DNA of 41,780 nucleotides from NCBI GenBank assembly GCA_964560615.1, contig CAZLMT010000004.1, positions 4,673 to 46,452 on the forward strand, read 5' to 3'. Positions 40,119-41,780 of the stretch are shown here, piece by piece; position 1 is the stretch's first letter; the number at the start of each line of letters is the position of its first letter. This DNA is from an uncultured Actinomyces sp. (GTDB lineage: Bacteria; Actinomycetota; Actinomycetes; S36-B12). A program made the translations under genes and the position numbers. The notes beneath the pieces were generated by a model, which saw only the letters and a list, made by a program, of their open reading frames with translations, had not been told where the DNA came from and made no database searches.

Positions 40119-41780
40119 ATGGTGTCCGGCTTCGACTATGACGTCCTCGTCGTGGGCTCTGGCTTCGGCGGGTCGGTCGCCGCGCTTCGTCTGACGGAGA
40201 AGGGCTACCGCGTCGGCGTGCTCGAAGCCGGGCGGCGCTTCAACGATGCCGACTTCCCCAAGACCTCGTGGCGCCTGCGCCGCTTCCTGTGGGCCCCGGC
40301 CCTCGGATGCACCGGCATCCAGCGCATCCATGTGCTCAAGGACGTCGTGGTCCTCGCAGGCGCGGGAGTGGGTGGTGGTTCCCTTGTCTATGCCAACACC
40401 CTCTACGTGCCGCCGAAGCGGTTCTTCGAGGACAAGCAGTGGGCGCACATCACTGACTGGGCGAGTGAGTTGGCCCCCTACTACGACCAGGCTTCTCGCA
40501 TGCTTGGCGTTGTCACCAACCCGACCATGACCCCCAGTGACGTCGTCATGAAGGCTGTTGCGGATGAGATGGGTGTGGGCCACACCTTCCAGATGACTCC
40601 GGTGGGCGTCTACTTCGGGGATGGTCCCGGTGTGACCACGGCCGATCCGTTCTTCGGTGGTGTCGGTCCCGAGCGCACAGGGTGCACCGAGTGCGGGGAG
40701 TGCATGACCGGCTGCCGGCATAACGCCAAGAACACCCTGCCCAAGAACTACCTTGGCCTGGCTGAGGCTGCCGGTGCCGTGGTCCATCCGCTCACGACGG
40801 TGACCTCCATCGAGCCGCGCCCGGGTGGTGGCTACACGATCACCACCAAGCGCACGGGCAGCCTCTCGCGGCGCACGCGGACCTTCACGGCGGAGCAGGT
40901 CGTGATGGCCGCTGGCACCTACAACACCCAGAAGCTCCTCCATCGCATGAAGGACGAGGGCAAGCTTCCCCGGCTTTCGCGCATGCTGGGGCGCCTGTCG
41001 CGCACCAACTCCGAGTCGATCCTCGGTGCCGTGGCGAAGTCGCCGGATGCGGACTACACCCGCGGAGTCGCGATCACCTCGAGCTTCTTCCCCGACGACG
41101 TAGGCACCCATGTCGAGCCGTGCCGCTACGGCAAGGGCTCCAACTCGATGGGCCTTCTCCAGTCGGTCATCACCGTCCCGCGCCCCGGTGAGCCTCGCTG
41201 GCGCACGTGGACCAAGGAGATTTGGCGTCAGCGTGCCAATGCCGCGTACCTCGTCAATGTGCGCAAGTGGAGCGAGCGTGCGGTGATCTCCCTCGTCATG
41301 CAGCCGGTCGACAACTCCCTCACCCTCGCGGGCAAGCGGAGCCGACTCGGCTGGCGCCTGGCGACCAATAAAGACGAGTCCAATCCCGCCCCGTCGTATA
41401 TCCCCATCTCCGACGAGGTCGTGCACCGGATCGCGGATCAGATCGACGGCGTAGCCGGATCCAACGCCTTCGACAACTTCGACGCAGTGATGACCGCACA
41501 CTTCGTGGGCGGCTGCGTGATCGGTGCTGATGAGGATTCCGGAGTCGTGGACGCCTATCACCGGGCCTTTGGGCATCCCGGCCTGCACGTTGTCGACGGT
41601 TCCGCGATCACGGCCAACCTCGGGGTCAACCCCTCGCTCACCATCACGGCGCAGGCCGAGCGTGCCATGGCGATGTGGCCCAATAGGGGAGAGCAGGATG
41701 TCCGGCCCGAACTAGGCCGTGCCTATGTGGCTGTTGAGGCTGTGGCGCCGAAGAACCCCTTCGTCCCCGTTGCGTTTGTG
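40119..41780 (+). CDS. choD: GMC-family FAD oxidoreductase, ChoD-like (annotated as cholesterol oxidase in mycobacteria); 3' end runs off the window
   Basis: Not in the ORF track because no stop lies inside the window. ATG 40119 is preceded by GGAGG at 40111-40115. The product is MVSGFDYDVLVVGSGFGGSVAALRLTEKGYRVGVLEAGRRF...GAGVGGGSLVYANT...CTECGECMTGCRHNAKNTL.... The frame stays open for 554 codons to nt 41780. Confidence 0.88.
   Translation, partial: MVSGFDYDVLVVGSGFGGSVAALRLTEKGYRVGVLEAGRRFNDADFPKTSWRLRRFLWAPALGCTGIQRIHVLKDVVVLAGAGVGGGSLVYANTLYVPPKRFFEDKQWAHITDWASELAPYYDQASRMLGVVTNPTMTPSDVVMKAVADEMGVGHTFQMTPVGVYFGDGPGVTTADPFFGGVGPERTGCTECGECMTGCRHNAKNTLPKNYLGLAEAAGAVVHPLTTVTSIEPRPGGGYTITTKRTGSLSRRTRTFTAEQVVMAAGTYNTQKLLHRMKDEGKLPRLSRMLGRLSRTNSESILGAVAKSPDADYTRGVAITSSFFPDDVGTHVEPCRYGKGSNSMGLLQSVITVPRPGEPRWRTWTKEIWRQRANAAYLVNVRKWSERAVISLVMQPVDNSLTLAGKRSRLGWRLATNKDESNPAPSYIPISDEVVHRIADQIDGVAGSNAFDNFDAVMTAHFVGGCVIGADEDSGVVDAYHRAFGHPGLHVVDGSAITANLGVNPSLTITAQAERAMAMWPNRGEQDVRPELGRAYVAVEAVAPKNPFVPVAFV

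Overview
This is a high-GC actinobacterial core-genome window, and every gene but two lies on the + strand.

Gene order:
- Tail of the S10 operon: rplV 3' end, rpsC, rplP, rpmC, rpsQ.
- Complete spc operon: rplN-rplX-rplE-rpsN-rpsH-rplF-rplR-rpsE-rpmD-rplO-secY-adk-map.
- infA-rpmJ, then the alpha operon: rpsM-rpsK-rpsD-rpoA-rplQ.
- truA, an ABC-F ATPase, rplM-rpsI-glmM, glmS.
- nnr-alr-hydrolase-tsaE-tsaB-rimI-tsaD.
- A three-gene block: a CE4 deacetylase, a homocysteine S-methyltransferase and a convergent SAM methyltransferase.
- CIRCE-controlled groES-groEL, a WhiB3-like gene (-), and a MerR/cobalamin-domain regulator with a translationally coupled unknown ORF.
- guaB-guaB3, glpD, a GabD2-like aldehyde dehydrogenase, and the first 554 codons of a ChoD-like GMC oxidoreductase that runs off the window.

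I found no rRNA, tRNA, CRISPR array, transposase or integrase, prophage, or recognisable defence or toxin system. I do not see a convincing novel multi-gene system.

The items most worth follow-up are:
- The CarH/LitR-like MerR regulator and its unknown coupled partner next to whiB3.
- A densely structured groES-groEL spacer, with a perfect 36-nt tandem duplication plus a long hairpin.
- A repeat and palindrome module in the lower-GC glmM-glmS spacer.
- An mmuM-like gene whose conserved N-terminus has no ATG or GTG start.

Many long antisense ORFs in the track are high-GC artefacts. Gene calls rest on my reading of the translated ORFs. No database search was run.
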